A stretch of DNA of 64,000 nucleotides from the NCBI GenBank assembly GCA_964629655.1, contig CAZVQU010000001.1, forward strand, positions 420,056 through 484,055, given 5' to 3'. The position numbers and the translations under genes were made by a program. How positions within the stretch are numbered: the first letter of the stretch is position 1; every line of letters begins with the position of its first letter. Under the pieces are notes generated by a model, which had not been told where the DNA came from, did no database searches, and saw only the letters and a program-made list of their open reading frames with translations. The stretch is from an uncultured Planctomycetia bacterium. GTDB taxonomy: Bacteria > Omnitrophota > Gorgyraeia > Duberdicusellales > 4484-171. Of the stretch, positions 20,137 to 29,431 are shown one piece after another.

Positions 20137-23100
20137 TCACTCCTCGCTCGCGCAGCGCTCCAGGGAAATAATGTTAAACGTAAGACCGGCAGCATCTTTG
20201 AATTCCTGGACCATGCGCGCACCGAGGATCTGGGTTACGTTCCCAAAACCTCCTGAAATTTCTACGCTGGTCGTTAAATCAATTCCTCCTTTGGTGGCAC
20301 TCAGTGCTGACGATACAGACATCTGTTGATTACCCTCAACGTAATGATACACCGAATCATACTTCGGGGGTAAGTTAGAACGTGAAGGACGCTTTTGCGG
20401 TTCACGCGCAAACGCTAACTGAGGAAACTGAATATCCGGACGACGATTGACTATCTTTAACACTAGATCTGACCTGTCCGTCTGCTCGTCAAGGTATTTC
20501 ATGCGTCCGGGCACATAAAAATACTGCTTACCGGGGACGTTGAGCCGGTTAAAGAACTTTTCTTTACTCATACCTTCAATGGAAAAACCTTCAATCAGGC
20601 TAAAGAATGCGACACCATCTTTTTCCAGCACCCGCTTTACTTCACTAATTAAGACATGCTTATTCTTTAGATACACACCGACGGCGACCGGAACTAATAC
20701 TCCTAAGAATTCACCATCTTCGTAAGGCAGGCCGTTCTCAACATCCCAGAGCTTTAATCTACTGCGAAAATCATGCATAAACCGATCAAACAGCATTTCG
20801 CGGGCTTCAAAGCTTACCGCGTTGATTCTTTGCTTCATCAAGCCATAATTTGGTAAATACAACTCTTCTTTATTGATGAATTGTAATTCAATATTAGGAA
20901 AATTTTCCTGGATATCCTGAACAACAACCCCGGCGCCCACCCCGATAATCAGTAACTTCTTAGGACTTTCCTTTGTCGAGCGGCGATTAAGTTCATCAAG
21001 GAATTGTGAAACTTCCCCTTCAAAAATACGATCATCGACCCAAAGCCCGCGGGTAGTATTATTCATCCCGTAAGGATTCTTAATTGAAGATGAGGCTGCG
21101 CTACCGCCGGTGATACTCAAAGGTTGCTGGTAATCATCACTTTGCTTTATTTCTCCCCGCGGCCGCACATCCCGTAAAGAAATATTCTTAATGACCCTTA
21201 CATATTCCGGCCACCCTCCACCTTGCTCTGCATTCTCAGCGATGTATTTTATGGCTTTACTGTATACCGATGAAAATTGGCTCTGATCGATACTATATTT
21301 ACGCATTAGTAATGCTACCTGAAGGTTCACATCTGCGGAAACTCTGGCACCAATTTCATGATGTTCTGAGTAATGATCATAGGGCTCCAATATGTCATCG
21401 GTCAACCGAGCAGTGGGAACCAGCGACAAGGTACCGTATGTGCCCAACACCTGATTGCGGGCCGATTGAAACTCTTCACTGCTTGTATCCAGTTGCAATA
21501 GTTTCCTTTTGTGCACAGAGGTATCAAACGTTGCCTCCTGTTCGATAAATCCTCCCAGATAATAGAGTTCCGACGGCGTAAGAAAGGTAATAATCCCGGG
21601 AATACTTTCTCCGGAACTTGTTAATAATTGTCGCAGGCGCCGATAGCCAAGAACCCGCTCTAACCATGATAACGTTTGTTCAGTTGGAAAATTAGTATTT
21701 TTTAACACCTCCTTGGCAAGTTCTGTGCGATGATAGGCATAGGTAAGCACTTCCGAGAAATGATGAATAAAGCTAGCCCGGTTCGCCAGCGCAAAACCAA
21801 ATCGATCAGCAAATTCATGATTAACTTGTTTGTCTTTCTCATTGTCAATAACAAATCCTTTATATCCTTGACTATTCTCAAGGATAAGGAACTCATACAA
21901 ATGTGCGATCTCACTACTTAAACTGAATGCACCTCCCTGTATGCTCACTTCCGTAATCATCGCCAATGGTGATTGGAGGGAAATATTGTCACGGTTAAGC
22001 AAACCAGTAGAAAATGATCCACCACCCCAGGGATTACTCATATAAAAATACCATCGATGACGATGCATGAATCCCTTGGGCAATAACGCTAGCACCGAAT
22101 CATCCCATAACCGCAGATACTGCGCATAAGCCAAACCCCAGAGAAAATCTCCTAAATCATCTTGGTTTATTTCCTGCTGTCGTAATATGCCCTTGATTTT
22201 TTCTGCCTCCCGAACAGAACGTGCTCGATTTCCTCCAGGAACAAGCGATTCGTTTAATGCAAGCATTAAAAGATCCTGGACACCCATTGCCTGTATTTCT
22301 CGATCACTATAGTATCCATTCTGTCTTGCTTTGTGACGAATGATGGGAACTACAACTGTATCTATCCATGATTGATACCCGCCAACCATATCACCAGTTA
22401 CCAGACTGATTAAAGCATTTTCTGCCTCAACAGAGGATATTACTTCGTCTCTGGCCAGTCTTACCAGGAGAGAAAGACAACCATGAAAGAGCTTCGTCAT
22501 TTCGTCTTTTCGATCATAATCTTTCATAGTATTGATTTCTCTCATGCGATTAACGTAAGTCTCAACCGTTGCCACACTCGATACGGGCACAACTTCAAAC
22601 AGGACAAACATATTCCAATATTTTCTATACGTATCCACCTGCGCTGCCATCAGCCGCAATATGTCCTCTAAAACTTTAGCATCACCCCTCCACTTATGTG
22701 TCGTTCCCACAAACGCATAAAACAAGCGCTTCATCGAATCATCCTGGCAGGCGACAGGCAACGGAACCACTTTTAAAAGAATTGCTCTTCTTTGAGGAGA
22801 GAGGCGACTTAATTGATGAAAAACTTCGCTAACATAGTAATCAGATATGAGCTTTCTAAAAATAGTAGCAAGACTTACATCGCTTCCCAAAACAGTTTTC
22901 CATATATCAACTCCCCCCGGTACCGACGTTATTTTCCCTTGTGAGAATCCAATGTAATTTAAGGTGGGAATCAAATTGTAACTAATATTCGCTACATGCT
23001 TACTGTTCATCCAGGCATAGGCATCAATGTGATCGAGAACAAATAATTGTTTCTCTAGATTTATCTTGGACAGAGGGGTAATGATGTATTCTTTGAATTT

Positions 23101-25293
23101 CTTAAGTTCTTCTCGTGAATTTATCTCTCCTTCAATACTGATGGCAATCCTTTGCCGAACAACATCATCAAACTCACTAAGCAACGCTTCTTTTTCAACG
23201 GCAATGCGAGCCTGTTCATCCGGATAACGCACATAAATATCAACACCTGATAAATAATGTGACGGTTCGTTCGTTTCCCATGTCTTGTACAAAACATCCT
23301 GCGAGAAGGGAGCATCGGGCGTAACGTTAACTGCAAAAGGCTTGACCGCTAAAGATGTTTTCTCAGCATAGGCGTTAATTTTATCAAATACTGCAACCGG
23401 ATCGATCCCTACAAGATATTCGGTAGTATACGTTTCCTGAATGACCAATTTTACCTTATCGCCTAAGGCAGTTTTGAGCACTCTCCCTGCAGTATCAATA
23501 TTTGCCTTCTTATAATCGCTGAACCCTGCAGCGACGTGCCTACTACCGGCAAAGCCGATGATCTTTGCATGAGGATTCTTTTTTAATATTTCAAAGACAT
23601 GTAAGGCCATCCCTTCATCGACCGTCACTCGCTCTCCCTGAGCATTCGTTACATACCCATACTCATCTCCCATGCCAGGAACGGTTGTATGTGCGGTACG
23701 TGGATCAAAAGCAGTCACCTTGATACCGGCGCTGCGAGCAGCACTGAAAATATCTTCATAGGCCGCAAAAGCTGCTTCAGGAAATCCCACGGGTATGTCG
23801 GAATAAATAATTCCGTCAAGCATCCTTGGGTTACCGCTTTTCATGTAAAGATCGATGTACTCTTGATACTGCTCGTCTATCTCAAGAACGATATCGGTCA
23901 ATCCGCGGTCCCGCATGATACTCATTACATTAACCATGACATTCTTATGATCTACACTGGAATGTTCTTCACCAAGCATAACCACCTGCGCTCCTTGTTC
24001 AAAAAGATCAACGATAGTCTGGGTGATGTTTGTCCGGGCGTTTTGTTCAATGTACTGCATCACTGATGCTTCAGAGGCTAATATCGGCTCGGGCACTGTC
24101 AGCGTAAGTGTTTTAACCGGAGCGATGCTACATGCAGTAAGAAACATCGTTCCCAGTGTGAAGAATGTCCGACGCGTCATGCGTATTGGCGATGAACTCA
24201 CCGAGACATTGAGCCACTCTTCGGAATCAGAAAATCCCAGGCCACCGGAAAAGTACCTCCGTTTGATTTGCCTTCGTTCATAGGGATCGTAATCTTTTCG
24301 TATGTAATTATAAATGCCTTTCTTAAAGGACTCGACATACTGGTCATAAATCGTGTTCTTTATATCTTTGTCTTCTATGTCGATACCGGTTACCTTATTT
24401 TTATCGATGTAATATTGATAAATTGAATTTCTTAATTTCTGCTTAAACCAGGCCGCCAGAATGACCGAATGATATATCTGCCTGAGCCTGGCAAAATGTT
24501 GTTTATGGTTTACTTCCCCTGAGAGTTCGGGAAGGATAGTTTCTTTCATGATGCAGGAAGTCACTTTATTGATTTGCTCGGCCTGGGTAAGTGGCTTCTC
24601 TTGCTGTTCGCTGTGGCGGGAGAGTGCAAGATAATCTTCTTCGAGAAGAACTTTTAAACTGGCGTCGGTAATCATGGCTATGGTTCCGTCTTCGATAACC
24701 TTCGCCTGTCCGGGCACAATCCAGACCTTATTAAACGTATTGACTGGAACGTTTATAGTGGCAGCAAGCTTGTATATCTCTTTATAAGTCATCTCCCAAT
24801 AGTCCTTACCGGTAGCAGTATCCGGATGCATGAATGATGCGATGAGTTGCTTTAATAAGTAATCCTGAGCCAGCATGTCTTTCCCCAGATCAGTGACGCC
24901 TAAGCTATCAGGAATTATCCTGTCCTGTTCATAAGGAGAAAGATTCACCCATAAATCCTGTTCAGGGGTAGTAAGCGCTGCCAGGAAATATTTGATAAGA
25001 TCGGAGGCTTCTTCTTCACTTATTTCATCCTTATCCTGGGTATCAATAACGAACTGAAGTTTAAGTGGGTCCTTGGGATCAAGCTGTATGCCTTTGAGTA
25101 CAGGATAAGAATGGGTATATGAAGGAGCGAGCAACTGTTGAGCTGACGGTAGATCAAGTGCTACAGCATGGGCTTGTTCATCATTTACGCCTAATCGCTG
25201 GACATAGAAATACATGGAGCCTGCTGCAAGACAAACTGCAACATAGAGCCCTATTGCCCTAAAACCAATAGTACCTTTCTTATGGTGAGTCAT
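20137..25293 (-). CDS. Giant (1718 aa) multi-domain membrane/lipoprotein: N-terminal TM segment, internal Tat-type lipoprotein signal, ChaN/Tiki/TraB-like GxxH domain, long helical middle, C-terminal spermidine-synthase-like Rossmann methyltransferase fold
   Basis: Single uninterrupted ORF. TM helix at residues 14-31. TRRTFFTLGTMFLTAC at residue ~372 fits a Tat motif plus lipobox. Paired GxxH motifs (GEEH, GSRH) follow. C-terminal GxGxG (LLIIGVGAGVVVQD) precedes an acidic residue, as in PABS/class I methyltransferases. Confidence 0.6.
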   Translation of the reverse strand: MTHHKKGTIGFRAIGLYVAVCLAAGSMYFYVQRLGVNDEQAHAVALDLPSAQQLLAPSYTHSYPVLKGIQLDPKDPLKLQFVIDTQDKDEISEEEASDLIKYFLAALTTPEQDLWVNLSPYEQDRIIPDSLGVTDLGKDMLAQDYLLKQLIASFMHPDTATGKDYWEMTYKEIYKLAATINVPVNTFNKVWIVPGQAKVIEDGTIAMITDASLKVLLEEDYLALSRHSEQQEKPLTQAEQINKVTSCIMKETILPELSGEVNHKQHFARLRQIYHSVILAAWFKQKLRNSIYQYYIDKNKVTGIDIEDKDIKNTIYDQYVESFKKGIYNYIRKDYDPYERRQIKRRYFSGGLGFSDSEEWLNVSVSSSPIRMTRRTFFTLGTMFLTACSIAPVKTLTLTVPEPILASEASVMQYIEQNARTNITQTIVDLFEQGAQVVMLGEEHSSVDHKNVMVNVMSIMRDRGLTDIVLEIDEQYQEYIDLYMKSGNPRMLDGIIYSDIPVGFPEAAFAAYEDIFSAARSAGIKVTAFDPRTAHTTVPGMGDEYGYVTNAQGERVTVDEGMALHVFEILKKNPHAKIIGFAGSRHVAAGFSDYKKANIDTAGRVLKTALGDKVKLVIQETYTTEYLVGIDPVAVFDKINAYAEKTSLAVKPFAVNVTPDAPFSQDVLYKTWETNEPSHYLSGVDIYVRYPDEQARIAVEKEALLSEFDDVVRQRIAISIEGEINSREELKKFKEYIITPLSKINLEKQLFVLDHIDAYAWMNSKHVANISYNLIPTLNYIGFSQGKITSVPGGVDIWKTVLGSDVSLATIFRKLISDYYVSEVFHQLSRLSPQRRAILLKVVPLPVACQDDSMKRLFYAFVGTTHKWRGDAKVLEDILRLMAAQVDTYRKYWNMFVLFEVVPVSSVATVETYVNRMREINTMKDYDRKDEMTKLFHGCLSLLVRLARDEVISSVEAENALISLVTGDMVGGYQSWIDTVVVPIIRHKARQNGYYSDREIQAMGVQDLLMLALNESLVPGGNRARSVREAEKIKGILRQQEINQDDLGDFLWGLAYAQYLRLWDDSVLALLPKGFMHRHRWYFYMSNPWGGGSFSTGLLNRDNISLQSPLAMITEVSIQGGAFSLSSEIAHLYEFLILENSQGYKGFVIDNEKDKQVNHEFADRFGFALANRASFIHHFSEVLTYAYHRTELAKEVLKNTNFPTEQTLSWLERVLGYRRLRQLLTSSGESIPGIITFLTPSELYYLGGFIEQEATFDTSVHKRKLLQLDTSSEEFQSARNQVLGTYGTLSLVPTARLTDDILEPYDHYSEHHEIGARVSADVNLQVALLMRKYSIDQSQFSSVYSKAIKYIAENAEQGGGWPEYVRVIKNISLRDVRPRGEIKQSDDYQQPLSITGGSAASSSIKNPYGMNNTTRGLWVDDRIFEGEVSQFLDELNRRSTKESPKKLLIIGVGAGVVVQDIQENFPNIELQFINKEELYLPNYGLMKQRINAVSFEAREMLFDRFMHDFRSRLKLWDVENGLPYEDGEFLGVLVPVAVGVYLKNKHVLISEVKRVLEKDGVAFFSLIEGFSIEGMSKEKFFNRLNVPGKQYFYVPGRMKYLDEQTDRSDLVLKIVNRRPDIQFPQLAFAREPQKRPSRSNLPPKYDSVYHYVEGNQQMSVSSALSATKGGIDLTTSVEISGGFGNVTQILGARMVQEFKDAAGLTFNIISLERCASEE

Positions 25294-25466
25294 ACAACTT
25301 ACCTTATATATAAATGTACCATATACAAAGAGTGGTTTTTAGAGTAATGGAAGGATGAAATGAAAGCGTTTACGGAAAAGAATGGGCATGCTTCTATTTT
25401 TGGCTGAATCTGTGGTGAACAAAAAAAATAGAAGCGTTGTCCCTGTTTAATTTATCTAAATCCAGC

Positions 25467-25760
25467 TTAGAATCTAGGCCGGTTTCCCTGGTCAAACCCT
25501 TGCTTAGGCGGTTTGGCCTTATTTACCTTTAAGGCTCTTCCGTTTAAATCTTGACCATCTAAAGTTTCAACTGCTTTCTGAAGCTCTTCGTCAGTCTCAA
25601 AGGCTACAAATCCAAAGCCCTTAGATCTGCCGGTATACTTATCTTTTATTACCTTCACATCTTTTGCCTGAAAACCTTTACCTTCAATAAAGCTCTTTAG
25701 CACATCTTCATCCACGCCATACTCTAAATTGCCTACGTAAATTTTATTCTCTTCGCTCAT
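25467..25760 (-). CDS. RRM-domain RNA-binding protein
   Basis: RNP-2 (IYVGNL) and RNP-1 (KGFGFVAF) motifs. Length 97 aa. Confidence 0.75.
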   Translation of the reverse strand: MSEENKIYVGNLEYGVDEDVLKSFIEGKGFQAKDVKVIKDKYTGRSKGFGFVAFETDEELQKAVETLDGQDLNGRALKVNKAKPPKQGFDQGNRPRF

Positions 25761-25971
25761 CCTGCACTCACCTTTTTAGTTTCTGAAGCCTGTCCCAAAA
25801 ATAAATTCACAAACCCTTAACTCCTTCTCTCCCTGTATCATCCCTCCTATATAAATGGTTATTCGTCTCAAAAGAAAACAAGCACAACACCATACATACT
25901 CATTGTCTTCTGTTATTTTGTTCTATTATATCGTATTTTAACAATATATGACTTAAAAAATATCCTTTGAA

Positions 25972-26196
25972 CTATTTAACCTGCTCAACCTCTTTAACTT
26001 CTGGGACTACCTCTTTTAATCTTTGTTCTATCCCCATTTTGAGAGTATGAGTACTCATTGGACAGCAACCACAAGCGCCAGTTAAGCGAACCTTAACTAT
26101 ACCATCTTCAGTAACATCAACGAGTTCTACATTACCGCCGTCAGCTTGCAAAGCTGGTCTTATTCCCTCTAACGCTTTTTCAACTTTTTCTCTCAT
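25972..26196 (-). CDS. NifU/Nfu-like Fe-S cluster scaffold domain protein
   Basis: 74 aa with a CxxC pair (GACGCCPMS), typical of the NifU C-terminal domain. Confidence 0.65.
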   Translation of the reverse strand: MREKVEKALEGIRPALQADGGNVELVDVTEDGIVKVRLTGACGCCPMSTHTLKMGIEQRLKEVVPEVKEVEQVK

Positions 26197-26205
26197 ACTA
26201 ACCTC

Positions 26206-28671
26206 CTAATTTAACTTCTTAGCTACCCGGACAGCTTCGACGCCGTCGCTAGCATATCCAGCGCCTAGAGACCGAGCAAAACTCTTGGTTACTACAGCGC
26301 CGCCTACTATGAATCTACAATTTAACCCCTCTTCCTTAGCTTTGTCAACAACTTCCTTCATGCTAACCATTGTGGTGGTCATCAAAGAAGAAAGCCCTAC
26401 TATCGAAGACTTATGGCGTTTAATTTCTTTAATTATCCTTTGAGCTGAAACATCTTTACCTAAATCAACAACGTCAAAACCATGGTTTTTCAACATAAGA
26501 GCCACAATGTTCTTCCCAATATCATGGATATCCCCTCTTACCGTAGCGAGAAGAACAATAGTCTTCTTGCCTCTTGCTAAATCATCCTTTTTAAGATAGG
26601 GTTGGAGCACTTCGAAAGCTATCTTCATAGCTTCAGCACTGGCAATAAGCTGAGGCAAGAAAAATGTCTTTTTGTCAAAAAACTCTCCTACCTTATTAAT
26701 AGCCGGGATCATTGTCTTACGCACAAGCTCACTAGCCTCACAACCCGAAGACACAGCCTCCCTTATAAATCCTCTTATGTCTTCTCTATTGCCTTCGAGG
26801 ATAGCCGTATAAACTTTCAACTTAGGACTATCGGCTATTAGAGACTTTTTTGTGTTTGAAAAACCAGAAAACGAAAGTTTTTCCAAAAATTTAGTGGCAT
26901 TCTTATCTTTCCCCAACAAAAGATTCTCAGCCAACTTTGAATATTTAGCCTTTAGCTTTGAAGGATTAGCAATAGCTAGGCTTAAACCTTTTCTCCTAGC
27001 CAAGGCTAAAAAAACTGAATTAATTAAGGCCCTTTCAGGCATACCAAAGGAAATATTCGAAAGGCCAACAACACTATTGCACTTGAGATTATTAGAAACC
27101 CAAGCTATAGTTTTCAAAGTCTCTAGGGCTGCTTTAGGCTGTGAAGATACAGCTAAAGCCATCGCATCAACGATAATATCATTTTTGGAGAATCCGCTTT
27201 TTTTTGCCTGTTTAAGGATATCGGAAATAATTTTCCTTCTCTGGACAAAAGTCTTAGGCAGGCTTTTGCCCTTAAGAGGAAGAAGAATAAACATTGCTCC
27301 ATATTTAGTAGCTAATGAGAGTAGCTTTTTTAACTTATGCTTCTCACCGCTTATAGAATTAATTAAAGCTCTTCCCGGATAAACTCGCAAAGCTGCCTCT
27401 ATCGCCTCAACCTGAGAAGAATCAATAACCAAAGGAAGGCTAGAGTTAACTGCCAACATATTAATAACACTTTTTAGGGTTTTGATTTCATCTATACCAG
27501 CAGTTCCAACATTAACATCTAAAAGCGAGGCTCCAGCTTTCTCCTGCTCTCTTGCCAAGTGACGAATAAAAGAAGTTCTTCCTTCACGCAATTCTTTCTG
27601 TAAAACCTTCTTGCCGGTAGGATTGATTGCCTCACCGATAATAGTAAAAGATTTCTTGCCTTTAAGAATAACACTTTTTCTGGCAGAACTTAACACGCTA
27701 GGAATCTTCTTCAATGGTACTGTTGGCTTTAGGCCAGAAACTTTTCTTTTTAACCTCTTTATGTGTTCCGGTGTAGTGCCACAGCATCCTCCTAAAAAAC
27801 CTACCCCGGCTGAAACTAATTCCTTGGCGAAAAAAGCAAACTTCTCAGGACCCATATCAAAAGAAGTCTTACCCTTTACCAATTTCGGCATACCAGCGTT
27901 AGGCTTTGCAATAAGAGGAACTTTAGCATAAGGCTTTATTGCTTTGATTAATTTAAGCATCTGCTGAGGACCGGCGGAACAATTACAGCCAACAGCATCA
28001 GCACCTAAACTTTGTAAGATATTTAAAGCTGTCAGAGGATCGGTTCCATTGAGAGTCCGGCCATCTGACTCATAAGTCATTGTTACCATAGTAAACTTAT
28101 CAGTAAGCTCTTTAACCGCTATGAGAGCAGCTCTAGCCTCTTGAATATCCATCATGGTCTCGATACCAAAAATGTCTACCCCGGCTGCGAGCAAACCCCT
28201 TACCTGCTCTTTAAAAATATCAACTACCTCTTCAAACTTAAGCGGCCCGAAAGGCTCTATGAACTTGCCAGTAGGACCAATATCACCAGCCACTAAGGCT
28301 CTACCCTTAACAGCTCTTTTAGCAATTAAGGCAAGCTTTTTATTAACTTCGCTTACATTATAATTACCATAAGCTTTAAGCTTAATCCTATTGGCACCAA
28401 AAGTAGAGGCATAGACTATGTCTGCCCCGGCTTCTTGATAGTCGGTATGGACTGCCGAAACAACCTTAGGATTTTTAAGAGACCAGATTTCAGGTGATAC
28501 CCCTTGGGACATGCCTCTTTTCTGCAACTCGGTCCCGGTAGCTCCATCAAGAACTACAATCTTATTATTTAAGAGTTTGATTTTATTCTTCACTTTCTCC
28601 TTTTTACTGTTTAGATTCAACTCCGGCAACTGCGGTAACTGATTTTTCAGGAATAAGCATATACTCACCAC
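26206..28671 (-). CDS. metH: Methionine synthase core (Hcy-binding, pterin-binding and B12-binding modules; no reactivation domain)
   Basis: Hcy S-methyltransferase domain (VLDGATGTEL, GGCCGTTPEHI). Pterin-binding module. B12-binding DxHxxG motif (GDIHDIGKNIV). The length of 821 aa lacks the AdoMet reactivation module. The true start may be internal or non-ATG, given a 68-nt overlap with the upstream gene. Confidence 0.85.
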   Translation of the reverse strand: MVSICLFLKNQLPQLPELNLNSKKEKVKNKIKLLNNKIVVLDGATGTELQKRGMSQGVSPEIWSLKNPKVVSAVHTDYQEAGADIVYASTFGANRIKLKAYGNYNVSEVNKKLALIAKRAVKGRALVAGDIGPTGKFIEPFGPLKFEEVVDIFKEQVRGLLAAGVDIFGIETMMDIQEARAALIAVKELTDKFTMVTMTYESDGRTLNGTDPLTALNILQSLGADAVGCNCSAGPQQMLKLIKAIKPYAKVPLIAKPNAGMPKLVKGKTSFDMGPEKFAFFAKELVSAGVGFLGGCCGTTPEHIKRLKRKVSGLKPTVPLKKIPSVLSSARKSVILKGKKSFTIIGEAINPTGKKVLQKELREGRTSFIRHLAREQEKAGASLLDVNVGTAGIDEIKTLKSVINMLAVNSSLPLVIDSSQVEAIEAALRVYPGRALINSISGEKHKLKKLLSLATKYGAMFILLPLKGKSLPKTFVQRRKIISDILKQAKKSGFSKNDIIVDAMALAVSSQPKAALETLKTIAWVSNNLKCNSVVGLSNISFGMPERALINSVFLALARRKGLSLAIANPSKLKAKYSKLAENLLLGKDKNATKFLEKLSFSGFSNTKKSLIADSPKLKVYTAILEGNREDIRGFIREAVSSGCEASELVRKTMIPAINKVGEFFDKKTFFLPQLIASAEAMKIAFEVLQPYLKKDDLARGKKTIVLLATVRGDIHDIGKNIVALMLKNHGFDVVDLGKDVSAQRIIKEIKRHKSSIVGLSSLMTTTMVSMKEVVDKAKEEGLNCRFIVGGAVVTKSFARSLGAGYASDGVEAVRVAKKLN

Positions 28672-29227
28672 TTAAGCTAATTCCTAATTGCTCTAACTTT
28701 AAAATATCATAAATGATTTTCTGATTCTCCAATGAGAAATCACCATAACCAGCAGAAAAACGTCTCGAAGTTAACTGTTTGTTTTCTCTAGAAAGTTGCC
28801 GGTTAAAATAATTTATAATCCAGCTAAGTGCATTATCCGTCATCTCACTAGCCACAGCATCAAAAATTACAGCTGCAGTCACATCCTTGCCGGCAGAATC
28901 TCTTGAAATTATTTCAACTATTTTTGAACCAGAAGTGGCTGCCATTAAAAGAACTTCTTTTGAATCAACTAGAAATTTTGCTAAAGACTCACTCTCAAAA
29001 GTAATGCCCTCTGCTAGCACAATCTTAGAAGCTTCTATCTTATTTATAGGAAGTATTACTCCTGCACCCTTTAGCTCAGCAATCTCTAAAGCTTTTTCAA
29101 TGTAGCCTTCAACCTCATCTCTCTGTTTATCGTCAAGTTTAGTTACACCCTTAGCAAACCCAAGACGGCTATATATTCTATCTTTAGGAGGAGAAATGGC
29201 TATCTGGTCAAAATATTCTATCTGCAT
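28604..29227 (-). CDS. Stand-alone methionine synthase reactivation (AdoMet-binding) domain protein
   Basis: 207-aa protein resembling the C-terminal activation domain of MetH (RRFSAGYGDF, LIPEKSVTAV). Encoded immediately upstream of, and overlapping, the metH core. Confidence 0.6.
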   Translation of the reverse strand: MQIEYFDQIAISPPKDRIYSRLGFAKGVTKLDDKQRDEVEGYIEKALEIAELKGAGVILPINKIEASKIVLAEGITFESESLAKFLVDSKEVLLMAATSGSKIVEIISRDSAGKDVTAAVIFDAVASEMTDNALSWIINYFNRQLSRENKQLTSRRFSAGYGDFSLENQKIIYDILKLEQLGISLSGEYMLIPEKSVTAVAGVESKQ

Positions 29228-29267
29228 GTTTTCTAAGGCTATTCTCTTTTTCCAAAAAACTTACATA

Positions 29268-29342
29268 TTGGTTGCCCCGTCTGGACTCGAACCAGAAATA
29301 GCTGATCCAGAATCAGCCGTGCTACCGATTACACCACGGGGC
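29268..29342 (-). tRNA. tRNA-Gln (anticodon CUG)
   Basis: Minus-strand sequence TGCCCCGTGGTGTAATCGGTAGCACGGCTGATTCTGGATCAGCTATTTCTGGTTCGAGTCCAGACGGGGCAACCA. 7-bp acceptor stem UGCCCCG/CGGGGCA. Anticodon loop UUCUGGA. T-arm GGTTCGAGTCC. CCA is encoded. Confidence 0.85.
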
Positions 29343-29431
29343 AAGTTCCTATTATTGTAGTATTTCCAACGGGTTCTGGCAAGCATAATATAGTAATTTC
29401 CATTTGGAGACTGACAAGGCACAAACAGCCA

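Noticed and set aside
20040-20222. 60-aa minus-strand ORF spanning the rplU start and the giant-gene stop
   Set aside because: It overlaps the ends of two better-supported genes in another frame and has no features.
21270-24283. Several 60-125-aa ORFs on the plus strand within the giant gene
   Set aside because: All are antisense to a continuous 5.2-kb ORF with coherent domain content. I treat them as shadow ORFs.
20084-25466. Looked for tRNA, integrase, transposase or direct repeats flanking the compositionally atypical giant gene (mobile-element hallmarks)
   Set aside because: Only a short 6-bp inverted repeat (AAATGG...CCATTT) is near the 3' end. There are no flanking direct repeats or mobility genes, so I do not call a mobile element.
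26852-27382. 176-aa plus-strand ORF inside metH
   Set aside because: It is antisense to the conserved MetH pterin-binding region. It is hydrophobic and low-complexity, and typical of shadow ORFs in AT-rich genes.
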